NCBI GenBank assembly: GCA_964468085.1
Contig: CAYXTN010000002.1
Location: forward strand, 12 to 64,011
Length of the DNA: 64,000 bases
Reading direction: 5' to 3'
Source of the DNA: an uncultured Clostridia bacterium
GTDB lineage: Bacteria > Bacillota > Clostridia > Christensenellales > Borkfalkiaceae
Both the position numbers and the translations under genes were made by a program. Positions 54,453 through 64,000 of the stretch are shown piece by piece; position 1 is the first letter of the stretch; each line of letters starts with the position of its first letter. Under the pieces are notes generated by a model. The model searched no databases, was not told the DNA's origin, and saw only the letters and a list, made by a program, of their open reading frames with translations.

Positions 54453-57392
54453 ATGGCTAATCTTTTGGGCATTGACGTCGGTTCGACTACCGTCAAGGTG
54501 GTTGCTATCGACGAGAGCGGAAAAATTTTATATAAGTCTTACGTCCGTCACTTTGCAAAGGTAAAGGAGACGGTGCTTTCCGAGCTTGACAACGTTTTGA
54601 AGAAAGCTCCCGCATCTTACAGCGCGTGCATTACGGGCAGTGCGGGTTTGGGGCTTTCCCAGCGCAGCGGCATTGCCTTCGTACAGGAGGTTCAGGCGGC
54701 GTTTACGGCAATCCGCAAGTACTATCCCGACGCAGACGCGGCGGTGGAGCTCGGCGGCGAGGACGCTAAAATCATATTCATTACCGGCGGCACGGAACAG
54801 CGTATGAACGGCAGTTGTGCGGGCGGTACGGGTGCGTTCATCGACCAGATGGCGACCCTTTTGAACGTTACCGTGCCCGAAATGGACGAGCTTTCGTTAA
54901 AAGCCGAGCGCGTTTATCCCATAGCCTCGCGTTGCGGCGTTTTTGCCAAGTCGGACATTCAGCCGCTTATCAATCAGGGCGCAAAAAAGGAAGATATTTC
55001 CGCTTCGATTTTTCAGGCGGTCGTAGACCAAACCGTTTCGGGACTTGCGCAAGGGCGCAGAATTAAGGGCAAAGTGCTCTTTTTGGGCGGACCTCTGCAC
55101 TTTTTGAAGGGCTTGAAAAACGCGTTTAAAACCACCTTGAAATTGGATGACGAGCACGCGGTATTCCCCGACGACGCACCTTGCTTTATGGCTATCGGAG
55201 CGGCGCTCCATTCGGCAACCGTGCAGTCCAAAAGCTTGGAGGACATAATTTCCGCAATCGAAAATTCGGCGGGTAGCGAAGAGATAATAACGGGCGAGCC
55301 CCTCTTTTCGAGCAAGGAAGAGTACACGGCGTTTGTCGCCCGCCACCGCGCAACCGACCTTGAGTTCTGCGATATCCAGACCTACGAGGGCGGAGCATAC
55401 CTCGGTATCGACAGCGGCTCGACGACTACAAAACTCATTTTAATCACGCCCGACTGCCGCATTCTGTATTCGCACTATCAGTCCAACAACGGACAACCCC
55501 TCGATATAGTTATCGATAAATTAAAGGAAGTTTTCAAGCTGTCGCAGGGCAGAATAAAAATTTTGGGCAGTGCGGTCACGGGCTACGGCGAAGATTTAAT
55601 CAAAGCCGCAATCAAGGCGGACTTCGGCATTGTCGAAACGGTAGCGCACTTTAAAGCCGCGCTTCACTTCAACCCCAAGGTCGACTTTATAATCGATATC
55701 GGCGGTCAGGACATCAAATGCTTTAAAATCAAGAACGGCGCAATCGACTCGATTATGCTCAACGAGGCGTGTTCCTCGGGTTGCGGCTCGTTCATTCAGA
55801 CCTTCGCCAGAGCTATGGGTATGGAAATAGACAAATTTTCCATCTGCGGACTGTACGCACAGCACCCCGTAGAGCTCGGCTCGCGCTGTACCGTGTTTAT
55901 GAACAGCGCGGTCAAGCAGGCGCAGAAGGAGGGCGCGACGGTGGAGGATATCTCCGCGGGACTGTCCTCGTCTATCGTCAAAAACGCCATTTACAAAGTT
56001 ATCCGCGCGGCGAGTGCGGACGAGCTCGGCGACAATATAGTCGTGCAGGGCGGCACTTTCTTAAACGACGCCGTTTTGCGCTCGTTCGAAAAAGAGACGG
56101 GCAAACAGGTTATCCGCCCCGGCATTGCGGGGCTTATGGGCGCGTTCGGCGCGGCGCTGTACGCAAAAGAGAACGTTCAGAGCGCAAGCGCTACGCTGGA
56201 CGATACGGCGCTCAAAGACTTTTCCTACGTTTCCAAATCGACCAACTGCCACGGCTGTACTTCCAACTGCAACGTCAATATCATAACTTTCACCGACGGC
56301 AGCCGCTACGTTTCGGGCAATAAGTGCGAGAGGGGCGCGGGGCTCAAGCCCGCCTCGAACGAGCTCGACATTTATTCCTACAAGCAGGAAAGACTGCTTG
56401 CGAGCGTGGAGGGCGCTAAGGGCAAAAAGGGCAAGGTGGGCTTGCCGTTACAGCTTGTAATGTACGAACAGCTCCCTCTGTGGGCGGGCTTTTTCGAGAG
56501 CCTCGGCTTCGAGGTGGTTTTAAGCGAAAAATCGTCGCGAAAACTCTACTTTTTGGGACAGCACACGGTCGCAAGCGATACGGCTTGCTATCCCGCAAAA
56601 CTTATGCACGGGCATATCGAAAGCTTGCTGGATATGGGCGCGGACTTCATTTTCTTGCCCTGCGAGAGCTACAATTTGGACGAGCACTGTTCGGTCAACC
56701 ACTACAACTGCCCCGTCGTCGCGTACTATTCCGAGCTTTTAAAGGCCAACAACGAGCGGTTGACGGACGAAAACTTCATAATGCCCTATCTCGACTTGAA
56801 CGTCGAAAAGACGACGGTTGCAAAACTGCACGCAACGTTTGCAAAGTACGGCGTTACAAAGAAGCAGATTGCAAAGGCTTTGAAGGTCGGGTTCGACAGG
56901 CTGGACAAATATCACGCGGACGTGCGTGCGCGCGCGGACTACATAATTAAAAAAGCGCGCGAAGAGGGCAAGCAGCTCATCGTGCTTGCGGGCAGACCTT
57001 ACCATTTGGACAACGAGATTAACCACGGCATAAACAAGCTTTTAACTTCTTTAAACCTTGCGGTTTTGTCCGAGGACTCGGTATTCGACAGAGCGGAAAA
57101 GGTCAAGGTCAACGTTTTAAACCAGTGGACGTACCACGCGCGGCTTTACCGTGCGGCGCAGTACTGCTGTGAAAATTCCGATATAAACCTTGTACAGCTC
57201 GTTTCGTTCGGTTGCGGTATCGACGCGATAACCACCGACGAGGTGCGCTCGATTATGGAGAAGAACGGAAAGCTTTACACACAGATAAAAATCGACGAAA
57301 TAAACAATCTCGGCGTTGTTAAAATACGTTTGAGGAGTATGCTTGCGGCTATTGTAGAGAGCAAGCGCGGGAAAAACGATGGAAGAAATTAA
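54453..57392 (+). CDS. CoA-substrate-specific enzyme activase-like protein (tandem BadF/BadG/BcrA/BcrD ATPase domains plus a C-terminal extension)
   Basis: There are two actin-fold ATPase N-termini, LLGIDVGSTTVKVV and YLGIDSGSTTTKLI. Conserved Cys residues are present. The length is 979 aa. Confidence 0.75.
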   Translation: MANLLGIDVGSTTVKVVAIDESGKILYKSYVRHFAKVKETVLSELDNVLKKAPASYSACITGSAGLGLSQRSGIAFVQEVQAAFTAIRKYYPDADAAVELGGEDAKIIFITGGTEQRMNGSCAGGTGAFIDQMATLLNVTVPEMDELSLKAERVYPIASRCGVFAKSDIQPLINQGAKKEDISASIFQAVVDQTVSGLAQGRRIKGKVLFLGGPLHFLKGLKNAFKTTLKLDDEHAVFPDDAPCFMAIGAALHSATVQSKSLEDIISAIENSAGSEEIITGEPLFSSKEEYTAFVARHRATDLEFCDIQTYEGGAYLGIDSGSTTTKLILITPDCRILYSHYQSNNGQPLDIVIDKLKEVFKLSQGRIKILGSAVTGYGEDLIKAAIKADFGIVETVAHFKAALHFNPKVDFIIDIGGQDIKCFKIKNGAIDSIMLNEACSSGCGSFIQTFARAMGMEIDKFSICGLYAQHPVELGSRCTVFMNSAVKQAQKEGATVEDISAGLSSSIVKNAIYKVIRAASADELGDNIVVQGGTFLNDAVLRSFEKETGKQVIRPGIAGLMGAFGAALYAKENVQSASATLDDTALKDFSYVSKSTNCHGCTSNCNVNIITFTDGSRYVSGNKCERGAGLKPASNELDIYSYKQERLLASVEGAKGKKGKVGLPLQLVMYEQLPLWAGFFESLGFEVVLSEKSSRKLYFLGQHTVASDTACYPAKLMHGHIESLLDMGADFIFLPCESYNLDEHCSVNHYNCPVVAYYSELLKANNERLTDENFIMPYLDLNVEKTTVAKLHATFAKYGVTKKQIAKALKVGFDRLDKYHADVRARADYIIKKAREEGKQLIVLAGRPYHLDNEINHGINKLLTSLNLAVLSEDSVFDRAEKVKVNVLNQWTYHARLYRAAQYCCENSDINLVQLVSFGCGIDAITTDEVRSIMEKNGKLYTQIKIDEINNLGVVKIRLRSMLAAIVESKRGKNDGRN

Positions 57393-58641
57393 GACGGTGG
57401 ACTACACCGACGACTATCCCAGATGGAAAGCCGAATACAAAAACACGCATAAAATACTCGTTCCCGATATGCTCCCGTGGCACTTTGCCATAATCGAGGA
57501 GCTGTTGAAGCAGGAAGGGTACGACGTCGAAATACTCAAAAACGACTCCCGCACGGTCATTGACGAGGGGTTAAAGCACGTGCACAACGACACGTGTTAT
57601 CCTTGCCTTTGCGTCGTGGGGCAGTATATCGACGCGCTCAAAAGCGGCAAGTACGACGTGGAGCACACCGCGGTGCTGATAACGCAGTCGGGCGGCGGTT
57701 GCAGAGCTTCCAACTATATTCCGCTCATTCGCCGTGCACTTAAAGCAGAGTTCCCCAAAGTGCCCGTCGTTTCGGTCAATTTTTCGGGGCTGGAAAAGGA
57801 CAGCTCGTTTCCGATGAGCTTAAAGCTTATGCTCAAGCTCGTGTACGCCATTTTCTACGGCGATACGGTTATGTGGTGCTACAACCAGACCAAGCCGTAC
57901 GAGGAAGAGGCGGGCGCAAGCGATTTGGTGCGTGACTTCGTGGTAAAAGAGATTACCGAAAGCTTTAAAACCAAAAGTTACAAGCAGTTCAAGCGGATAA
58001 ACAGTTTGATTATAAGTGCGTTCGGTGCGGTCAAGCGCAAAGCGGAAAAGAAGGTCAAGGTCGGCATAGTCGGCGAAATTTACGTCAAGTACGCGTACCT
58101 CGGCAACAACAATCTCGAAAAGTTCCTGCTTTCCGAGGACTGCGAGCCCGTCGTGCCCGCTCTTATGGACTTCGTGCTTTATTGCATAGTCAACAACATT
58201 AACGACGGCTATTTCTACGGCAGAAAGGGCTTTTTCTGGCAGGCGAACAAATTCCTGTACAAAATTCTGCACAAAAAGCAGAAAAAAATTATTTCCTACT
58301 TTGAAAAGGACGGCAATTTCGAGCCCATACACGACTTCGAGCATTTGAGAAAGTGCGCGGACAAGGTGTTAAATCAGGGCGTTAAAATGGGCGAGGGCTG
58401 GCTGATTGCGGCTGAAATGGCGGCACTTGCGGAAACGGGAGTGGGCAATATAGTCTGTGCGCAACCGTTCGGGTGCCTGCCCAACCACATAGCGGGCAAG
58501 GGCGTCGTGCGCACGTTAAAGACGGAGTATTCGGACGAAAATATAGTGGCGGTAGATTACGACCCGTCGGCAACGCGCGTCAATCAGGAAAACCGCATAA
58601 AGCTTATGCTCGCCACCGCAAGGGAAAATCTGAATAAATAA
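57379..58641 (+). CDS. Activase-associated / 2-hydroxyacyl-CoA-dehydratase-related protein
   Basis: It overlaps the previous gene by 14 nt. DTCYPCLCVVGQ, SGGGCRASNY and CAQPFGCLPNHI Cys-rich motifs are present. The length is 420 aa. Confidence 0.6.
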   Translation: MEEIKTVDYTDDYPRWKAEYKNTHKILVPDMLPWHFAIIEELLKQEGYDVEILKNDSRTVIDEGLKHVHNDTCYPCLCVVGQYIDALKSGKYDVEHTAVLITQSGGGCRASNYIPLIRRALKAEFPKVPVVSVNFSGLEKDSSFPMSLKLMLKLVYAIFYGDTVMWCYNQTKPYEEEAGASDLVRDFVVKEITESFKTKSYKQFKRINSLIISAFGAVKRKAEKKVKVGIVGEIYVKYAYLGNNNLEKFLLSEDCEPVVPALMDFVLYCIVNNINDGYFYGRKGFFWQANKFLYKILHKKQKKIISYFEKDGNFEPIHDFEHLRKCADKVLNQGVKMGEGWLIAAEMAALAETGVGNIVCAQPFGCLPNHIAGKGVVRTLKTEYSDENIVAVDYDPSATRVNQENRIKLMLATARENLNK

Positions 58642-58650
58642 GGCGAGTTT

Positions 58651-59280
58651 ATGAAAGATACTGATTTTTACGTGGTCGGGATAAACCGATTCGAAAAGGG
58701 ATACGCTTACGGAGAAGTTGAAAACGACGCCGTTTATACTCAAAGTTGCGATAGATGTCCTAAATGCGGCAGACAAGTAGGCGCGTTTGAATGGGTCAGA
58801 CCACATAATATAACCGTATCGTCCAAAAAGCTCGGTGATTTTATTTTCGGTGTTTTCGGTCCGTTTGCCGTCAGTGAAAAGGTAAAACAGACTTGTGAAG
58901 AAGAGGGGATTACGGGAATATCCGAGTTCTGCCGACTCGATAACATTCGTTTCGGAAATCAGACGATAGAACAAAAATATTACGTGGTAAAACCGAAAAG
59001 AATCGATGTGCGTCCCGAACCTGTAAAAGCGGATTATATGGATACGGAGGACCCGTATTGCGAAGTATGCAGTAAGGTGAACGGAAGCGTCTATGCCGAC
59101 GTCTGGGGATATAAAATGAATGCGCGCAAAGTGACGGAATTTCCTGATTTATTTCAAACCTATACGAACGGTGAACAAACGTATTGCACGCAAAGGTTCG
59201 TCGATTTTTGTAAAAAATATAAGTTTACAAATTTTGAAACACATATAACGTCATTTCCAAAATACGCTACGCAAAGGTAG
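58651..59280 (+). CDS. Hypothetical double-CxxC protein (209 aa)
   Basis: CDRCPKCG and CEVCS motifs are present. The DNA is AT-richer than the neighbours. No function is assignable. Confidence 0.55.
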   Translation: MKDTDFYVVGINRFEKGYAYGEVENDAVYTQSCDRCPKCGRQVGAFEWVRPHNITVSSKKLGDFIFGVFGPFAVSEKVKQTCEEEGITGISEFCRLDNIRFGNQTIEQKYYVVKPKRIDVRPEPVKADYMDTEDPYCEVCSKVNGSVYADVWGYKMNARKVTEFPDLFQTYTNGEQTYCTQRFVDFCKKYKFTNFETHITSFPKYATQR

Positions 59281-59330
59281 GGGAAAAACTGAATAAATAA
59301 TAATTTTTTAAATCCTATGGAGGTATATTT

Positions 59331-60107
59331 ATGGATTTATTGAAAAAAGGTATTGCGGAAGCAATCGGCACGTTCGTGCTCGTGTTCTTCGCCTGCGGCG
59401 TTGCCGTGGTAACGGGCGGTAACACTTTGCACGGCTGGGTTGCAACCGCGCTCGCATTCGGTCTTGTAATCGTTGCGATGGCTTACTCAATCGGCAGAAT
59501 TTCGGGCTGCCACATCAACCCCGCGGTTTCGCTCGGTTGCCTTATCGCAAAGCGTATGACTGTAAAAGAGTTCTTCGTTTACGTCGCTTCGCAGCTTATC
59601 GGCGGCATTATCGGCGGTGTTGCGCTTGTCGGCATTGTAAAGCTCGGAAAAATCGACGGCATATTCGGCATAGGCAATGCTTGCAACAATGCGCTCGGTT
59701 ACAGCGGCGAACTTAGCGAAATCACCGCCGGCGGCTATATCGGTGCGATACTTATGGAAATTGTTCTCACGCTTGTATTCGTATACGTTATTTTGAACGT
59801 TACTACCGAAAACTCGGGCGCGGGCAAGAAGGCGGGCATAATCATCGGCTTTACGCTCACCCTCGTTCACCTTTTGGGTATCGGCTTCACGGGTACGAGC
59901 GTTAACCCCGCAAGAAGCGTAGCAACCGCTGTTGCCGAGGCTATCTATAACGGCAATACCGACCCGCTTGCTCAGGTATGGATATTCATCGTTGCCCCCT
60001 TGATTGGCGCAGTTTTGGCGGCACTTTTATTCAAGGTTCTTCACAAAGAGAAGAAGGCGGTAGTTCCCGCAGGAGATGCAGGCGCAGAAAAGGAAGTTTC
60101 CGACTAA
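59331..60107 (+). CDS. MIP-family channel (aquaporin / glycerol facilitator)
   Basis: There are two NPA boxes, SGCHINPAVS and TSVNPARS, and six TM segments. Confidence 0.9.
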   Translation: MDLLKKGIAEAIGTFVLVFFACGVAVVTGGNTLHGWVATALAFGLVIVAMAYSIGRISGCHINPAVSLGCLIAKRMTVKEFFVYVASQLIGGIIGGVALVGIVKLGKIDGIFGIGNACNNALGYSGELSEITAGGYIGAILMEIVLTLVFVYVILNVTTENSGAGKKAGIIIGFTLTLVHLLGIGFTGTSVNPARSVATAVAEAIYNGNTDPLAQVWIFIVAPLIGAVLAALLFKVLHKEKKAVVPAGDAGAEKEVSD

Positions 60108-60125
60108 TACATCAAGTAAAATGAG

Positions 60126-60155
60126 AAGCCCCGCGGCATACGCCGCGGGGCTTTT
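60126..60155. terminator. Bidirectional intrinsic terminator between the aquaporin and transketolase genes
   Basis: A 10-bp GC-rich stem, gccccgcggc / gccgcggggc, has a T-run on the + strand and an A-rich left flank. Confidence 0.8.
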
Positions 60156-60222
60156 AAGCTTTGTAGTGATAAGTCCGATATCGCATTCGCAATTAAAGGA
60201 CTCGGTAGCGGCGACACGCCGC

Positions 60223-62220
60223 TTAGTGTGAATATCTGTCCAACTTAACGTTTTGAATCGAAAGCTTAGCTTTTTCCACAATGTTTTCAGCGGTAAAGCC
60301 GAAGTGCTGGAACAGTTCCTTAGCGGGACCGGAAACGCCGAAGCCCGTCATAGTGATGAGTTCGCCGTAGTCGCGGCAGTACTTGTACCAGGCAAAGTGG
60401 CTTGCCGCCTCGACGCACACGCGCGCCTTGACCGACTTGGGTAAAACCTTTTCCTTGTATTCCTCGTCCTGAGCGTCGAAGATTTCCATGCAGGGGATAG
60501 AGATGACCCTTGCCTTGATATTTTCTTCCGCCAAAAGCCTCTTAGCTTCCATACAAGGCTCAACTTCCGAGCCTGTCGCAATGAGGAGGACGTCGGGTTC
60601 TTCGATTGTGCCCGCGATAACGTAGCCGCCCTTCAACGCCTTTTCGCCCGAGTTATGCTCGTAGCAAGGCAAATTCTGTCTGGTTTCAACGATAACGGTG
60701 GGCTTGTCCGAAGTGAACGCCGTAACGAACGCCGCCGCCGTTTCCTTGCCGTCGCAGGGGCGGATAACGTTTACGTTAGGGATAGAGCGCACCATAACGA
60801 GCTGTTCCATCGGCTGGTGCGTAGGACCGTCCTCGCCGACGCCTATCGAGTCGTGCGTCATAACGTAGACGACGGGCAACTTCATAAGACCGCTCATTCT
60901 GATACCCGGCTTCATATAGTCGGCAAACGAGAAGAAGGTCGAGCAGACCGCGCGCAAACCGCCGTGCAACTGAATGCCGTTGCAGATAGCGCTCATCGCG
61001 TGCTCGCGGATACCGAAGTGAATGTTAGAGCCCTCTCTGTGTTCGGGCGAGAAATACGCACTGCCCTTGATTTCCGTCTTGGTGGAAGGTGAGAGGTCGG
61101 CAGAGCCCGACATAATGTTGGGCGAAACCTTGGCAATCATATTCAAAATCTTGCCGCCGCAGCTACGCGTAGCCTCGGGCTTGTCGAAGTCGTAAAGACC
61201 GTTAATACTGCTGACGTCGATGTCAACGCCGCCCATAAACTGCTTGTACTGCGCCGCAAGCATGGGGTAAGCCTTTTCGTACTGAGCGAACAGCGCTTTC
61301 CATTCTTCTTCGGCTTTGCACTTGTCCTCGGCGATAGCAAGGCAGTGTTCCTTGACGTCGGCGGGAGCTTCGAATGGAGGCTGGGTCCAGCCGAGGTTTT
61401 CTCTGAGCTTTTGAACGTTAGCCTCGCCGAGGGGCGCGCCGTGGCAGTCCGCACTGCCTACAAGGGGCGAGCCGTAACCGATTTCCGTCTTGCAGATAAT
61501 AATGGAGGGGCGTGTCAAATCGCTCTTCGCACGAAGAATTGCCGCTTTGAGAGCGCCGAGGTTGTTCGCGTTGTTTACGCGGATAACCTGCCAGCCCTGC
61601 GCCATAAATCTGGTCGCCGTGTCCTCGCTGAACGTATTTTTCATGTTACCTTCGATGGTAACGTCGTTGTTATCGTATAAGAGAATGAGCTTGCCGAGCT
61701 TCTGCGTGCCCGCAAACGAGCAAGCCTCGTAGCCGATGCCCTCTTCCAGACAGCCGTCACCCGTTAAAACGTAGGTGAAGTGGTCTACGACGGGATAGTC
61801 GGGGCGGTTGAAGAGCGCCGCAAGGTGCGCTTCGGCAACTGCGAAACCGACTGCGTTTGCCAAGCCCTGACCTAAAGGACCGGTAGAGGTCTCTACGCCC
61901 TCGGTCGTGCGGTATTCGGGATGCCCGGGAGTGATTGAACCGAGCTGACGGAAGTTTTCCAAATCTTCCTTGCTCACCTTGTAACCGAAGAGGTGCAAAA
62001 GCGAGTACAAAAGCATGGAGCCGTGACCCGCCGAGAGGACAAACCTGTCGCGGTTATCCCACTTGGGGTTCTTGTAGCTGAACGACAGAAAGTCTGCGAA
62101 CAGCTCGTAACCGATGGGCGCAGCGCCCAGACAGATGCCGGGGTGACCCGACTTGGCTTTCTCGATGGCTTCCGCCGAGAGTACTCTTATTGTGTCAACG
62201 CTTTTCTGCTGTACTGACAT
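60223..62220 (-). CDS. tkt: Transketolase
   Basis: The N-terminus reads IRVLSAEAIEKAKSGHPG, the ThDP motif reads GDGCLEEG, and the length is 665 aa. Confidence 0.93.
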   Translation of the reverse strand: MSVQQKSVDTIRVLSAEAIEKAKSGHPGICLGAAPIGYELFADFLSFSYKNPKWDNRDRFVLSAGHGSMLLYSLLHLFGYKVSKEDLENFRQLGSITPGHPEYRTTEGVETSTGPLGQGLANAVGFAVAEAHLAALFNRPDYPVVDHFTYVLTGDGCLEEGIGYEACSFAGTQKLGKLILLYDNNDVTIEGNMKNTFSEDTATRFMAQGWQVIRVNNANNLGALKAAILRAKSDLTRPSIIICKTEIGYGSPLVGSADCHGAPLGEANVQKLRENLGWTQPPFEAPADVKEHCLAIAEDKCKAEEEWKALFAQYEKAYPMLAAQYKQFMGGVDIDVSSINGLYDFDKPEATRSCGGKILNMIAKVSPNIMSGSADLSPSTKTEIKGSAYFSPEHREGSNIHFGIREHAMSAICNGIQLHGGLRAVCSTFFSFADYMKPGIRMSGLMKLPVVYVMTHDSIGVGEDGPTHQPMEQLVMVRSIPNVNVIRPCDGKETAAAFVTAFTSDKPTVIVETRQNLPCYEHNSGEKALKGGYVIAGTIEEPDVLLIATGSEVEPCMEAKRLLAEENIKARVISIPCMEIFDAQDEEYKEKVLPKSVKARVCVEAASHFAWYKYCRDYGELITMTGFGVSGPAKELFQHFGFTAENIVEKAKLSIQNVKLDRYSH

Positions 62221-62269
62221 AAAATTCTCCTTTTAACTTATGTGTTTATCGTAAAGGCTTTCCCGCCCT

Positions 62270-63811
62270 TTAAGACTTTTTATCTTCAACGAACTTTTTG
62301 AGCGTACCCGTAAAGAGGTAGGGGTACTTTTCCAAAAGGTAGTAAAGGCTCTTTGCCATTTTCTTGTTGCCGCCCTTTTCCATACTTGCAAAGTTGATGG
62401 GCATAACGGGGTCGTGCACGCTCATACGTATAAGAGCCCAGCCGCCGCCCTCGCCCTCGGGGAAGTTGATTCTCACACCCTCGTAGCCGTCGGGAGCAAG
62501 CGACCAGCGCTTGTCGTTCTTGGCAAAGTACCTGATTTCGTCAAGGATTCTTTCGCCCTCGCGCTTGAAGTTTTCCGAGTGCACGTTAAACCTTATGCGC
62601 ACCTCGTCTTCCTCGACGGGAACTTTCAAATCGGCAATCAAATCGCTCAGTTTTTCCTTTTTGAGCGTCTGAGTGGTGTAAGCGATAAGCAGTTTGCATA
62701 CGAGGTATGCGCCGTCGTCCAGATAATAGTTGTCGGCAAACGCCGCGTGACCGCTCGTCTCGATAGCAAGAGGGCAGTACTCGCCGTGAGCGTTGCGCCT
62801 TATCGCCTCCTCGATAACGTTTCTGTATCCGCGCTTGTATCTGATATGTTTGCCGCCGTGATTTTCTATAAATTCGGTAAGACCGTCGGTCGTCACGCTG
62901 TCGGTAACGATAGTGGCGGGCTTGTCCGCAAGCACCGTCGCCGCGGTGAGCGCAACAAGGTTGTCCCTGTTGATATGCTTGCCGTTGCCGTCAACTATTG
63001 CGGCTCTGTCAACGTCGGTGTCGAAAATAATGCCCAGCTCGGCTTTAGAAGTTAAAACCGCCTCGCTCAACGCCGCGATAGCCGCAGGGTCTTCGGGGTT
63101 GGGAGCGTGATTGGGGAAATTGCCGTCGGGCTCGGTATTGATACTGCCGTCGGTAATCGCGCCGAGCTGCTGCAATACCTTTTTGACGAAGAACCCGCCG
63201 ACGCCGTTGCCCGCGTCAACGATAATGCGCTTGCCGAAGAGGGGGGCGGACTTGCCCGTGCCCGTTCTGACAAGGTTGACGAGCTTGCGGCAGTAGTCGT
63301 TCATATACGACTGCTCTATAACGTTTCCGAGCTTGCGGGGCAGAGCCGCGCCCTTTTCCGCAAGGTCGATAATTTCGTCTATGTCCTTGCTACTCAAACC
63401 GCCCTCGGGAGTAAAGAACTTAAGCCCGTTTCTGTCGTAGGGCAGGTGCGAGGCGGTAATCATAATCGAGCCTTCGCAGTCCCAGTCGCTTTCCTTTAAA
63501 AGCATAAACATCGAGGGGGTGGAGCTTACGCCGCAGTAAAAGAGGTTACAACCGCTTTCCAGAACGGCTTTCTGAACGGCGGAGTAGACCACGTCGCTCG
63601 AAATTCGCACGTCGTTGCCGACCGCTATATGCAGGTCGGTTTTGCCCGTCTTGTCCGACAGCCACTTTAAGTAGGCTTTGGTAATGTCAATAATCGCATT
63701 GACGGTAAGGGTGACTTCGCTGCCCTCTGTCTGAACTGCTATTCCGCGGATATCGCTTCCGCTTTTTAACGATTTGTAAGATTTCGTTTCCATAGTGAAA
63801 CTATTATACAA
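62270..63811 (-). CDS. Alpha-D-phosphohexomutase (phosphoglucomutase/phosphomannomutase family)
   Basis: The active-site loop reads ITASHLPYDRNGLKF and the metal loop reads FDTDVDR. The length is 513 aa. Confidence 0.88.
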   Translation of the reverse strand: MYNSFTMETKSYKSLKSGSDIRGIAVQTEGSEVTLTVNAIIDITKAYLKWLSDKTGKTDLHIAVGNDVRISSDVVYSAVQKAVLESGCNLFYCGVSSTPSMFMLLKESDWDCEGSIMITASHLPYDRNGLKFFTPEGGLSSKDIDEIIDLAEKGAALPRKLGNVIEQSYMNDYCRKLVNLVRTGTGKSAPLFGKRIIVDAGNGVGGFFVKKVLQQLGAITDGSINTEPDGNFPNHAPNPEDPAAIAALSEAVLTSKAELGIIFDTDVDRAAIVDGNGKHINRDNLVALTAATVLADKPATIVTDSVTTDGLTEFIENHGGKHIRYKRGYRNVIEEAIRRNAHGEYCPLAIETSGHAAFADNYYLDDGAYLVCKLLIAYTTQTLKKEKLSDLIADLKVPVEEDEVRIRFNVHSENFKREGERILDEIRYFAKNDKRWSLAPDGYEGVRINFPEGEGGGWALIRMSVHDPVMPINFASMEKGGNKKMAKSLYYLLEKYPYLFTGTLKKFVEDKKS

Positions 63812-63970
63812 TATATCGGCTTTAATTTCAAGTGTTTAAAGGTAATTACACGCAAATTTAGGTTACATAATTTTTCCGTTAAAGAGCCCGCAAACACTTT
63901 ATTTTTGATTTGCGGTGTGTTATAATAGCTCATATTAGATTACGTTTGTTTTGCAAGAGGAGAAATCTTT

Positions 63971-64000
63971 ATGGCAAAGGACAGTTTTGTTGAAAATATA
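63971..64000 (+). CDS. Start of an unidentified gene, 3'-truncated by the window end
   Basis: The ATG at 63971 lies 8 nt after agaggaga. Only 10 codons are visible. Confidence 0.3.
   Translation, partial: MAKDSFVENI

Noticed and set aside
1-64000. CRISPR arrays, rRNA genes and canonical tRNA genes
   Set aside because: I saw no regularly spaced direct repeats of 25-40 bp and no rRNA-like stretch. The only tRNA-like sequence is the non-canonical element at 11756-11848, reported with low confidence.

Overview
The window has two parts. Calls rest on motif recognition, gene order and manual alignment only; no database search was run.

**1. Positions 1 to ~25,000: late/structural arm of a prophage (+ strand).**
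- It lacks a tape-measure gene and looks podovirus-like in gene order.
- It opens with a 5'-truncated ORF of more than 3,290 aa. This is a polyvalent-type protein with a zincin HExxH domain, at least five effector-like modules separated by a recurring RYAL linker, and three tandem ADP-ribosyltransferase-like modules.
- An AT-rich opposite-strand membrane-protein moron follows, then a small zinc-ribbon protein.
- Next is a Gp49-like::DUF2829 (Tad2-like, candidate anti-Thoeris) fusion.
- A tRNA-like RNA element lies between two terminator hairpins.
- The core structural genes follow: scaffold, small capsid-module protein, major capsid protein, two large tail/nozzle-like proteins and a tail fibre.
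- A complete diversity-generating retroelement (DGR) comes next: target gene with a C-terminal variable repeat (VR), downstream hairpin, template repeat (TR) and reverse transcriptase. All 20 VR/TR mismatches are at TR adenines.
- The arm ends with a cluster of membrane proteins.

**2. Positions ~25,030 to 26,430: junction region.**
- It has AT-rich iterated repeats and an IS481-like DDE transposase.

**3. Positions ~26,600 to 64,000: host chromosome.** The host is a spore-forming Firmicute, because spoIIID is present.
- It starts with an LbH acetyltransferase-like gene, glmM and glmS.
- A ~20 kb cell-surface polysaccharide locus follows:
  - CapD/PglF-like dehydratase, galE, DegT-type aminotransferase and a PglC-type phosphoglycosyltransferase.
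  - ATP-grasp protein, HAD hydrolase and two LicD proteins.
  - Five glycosyltransferases, a Wzx flippase and a putative sulfotransferase.
  - A full 2-aminoethylphosphonate module: phnW, cytidylyltransferase::PEP mutase, LicC-like nucleotidyltransferase and phosphonopyruvate decarboxylase.
- The remaining genes are a permease, a frameshifted metallophosphoesterase::SGNH gene and spoIIID.
- After these come a BadF/BcrA-type CoA-enzyme activase pair and a double-CxxC protein.
- The window closes with an aquaporin, transketolase and a phosphohexomutase.
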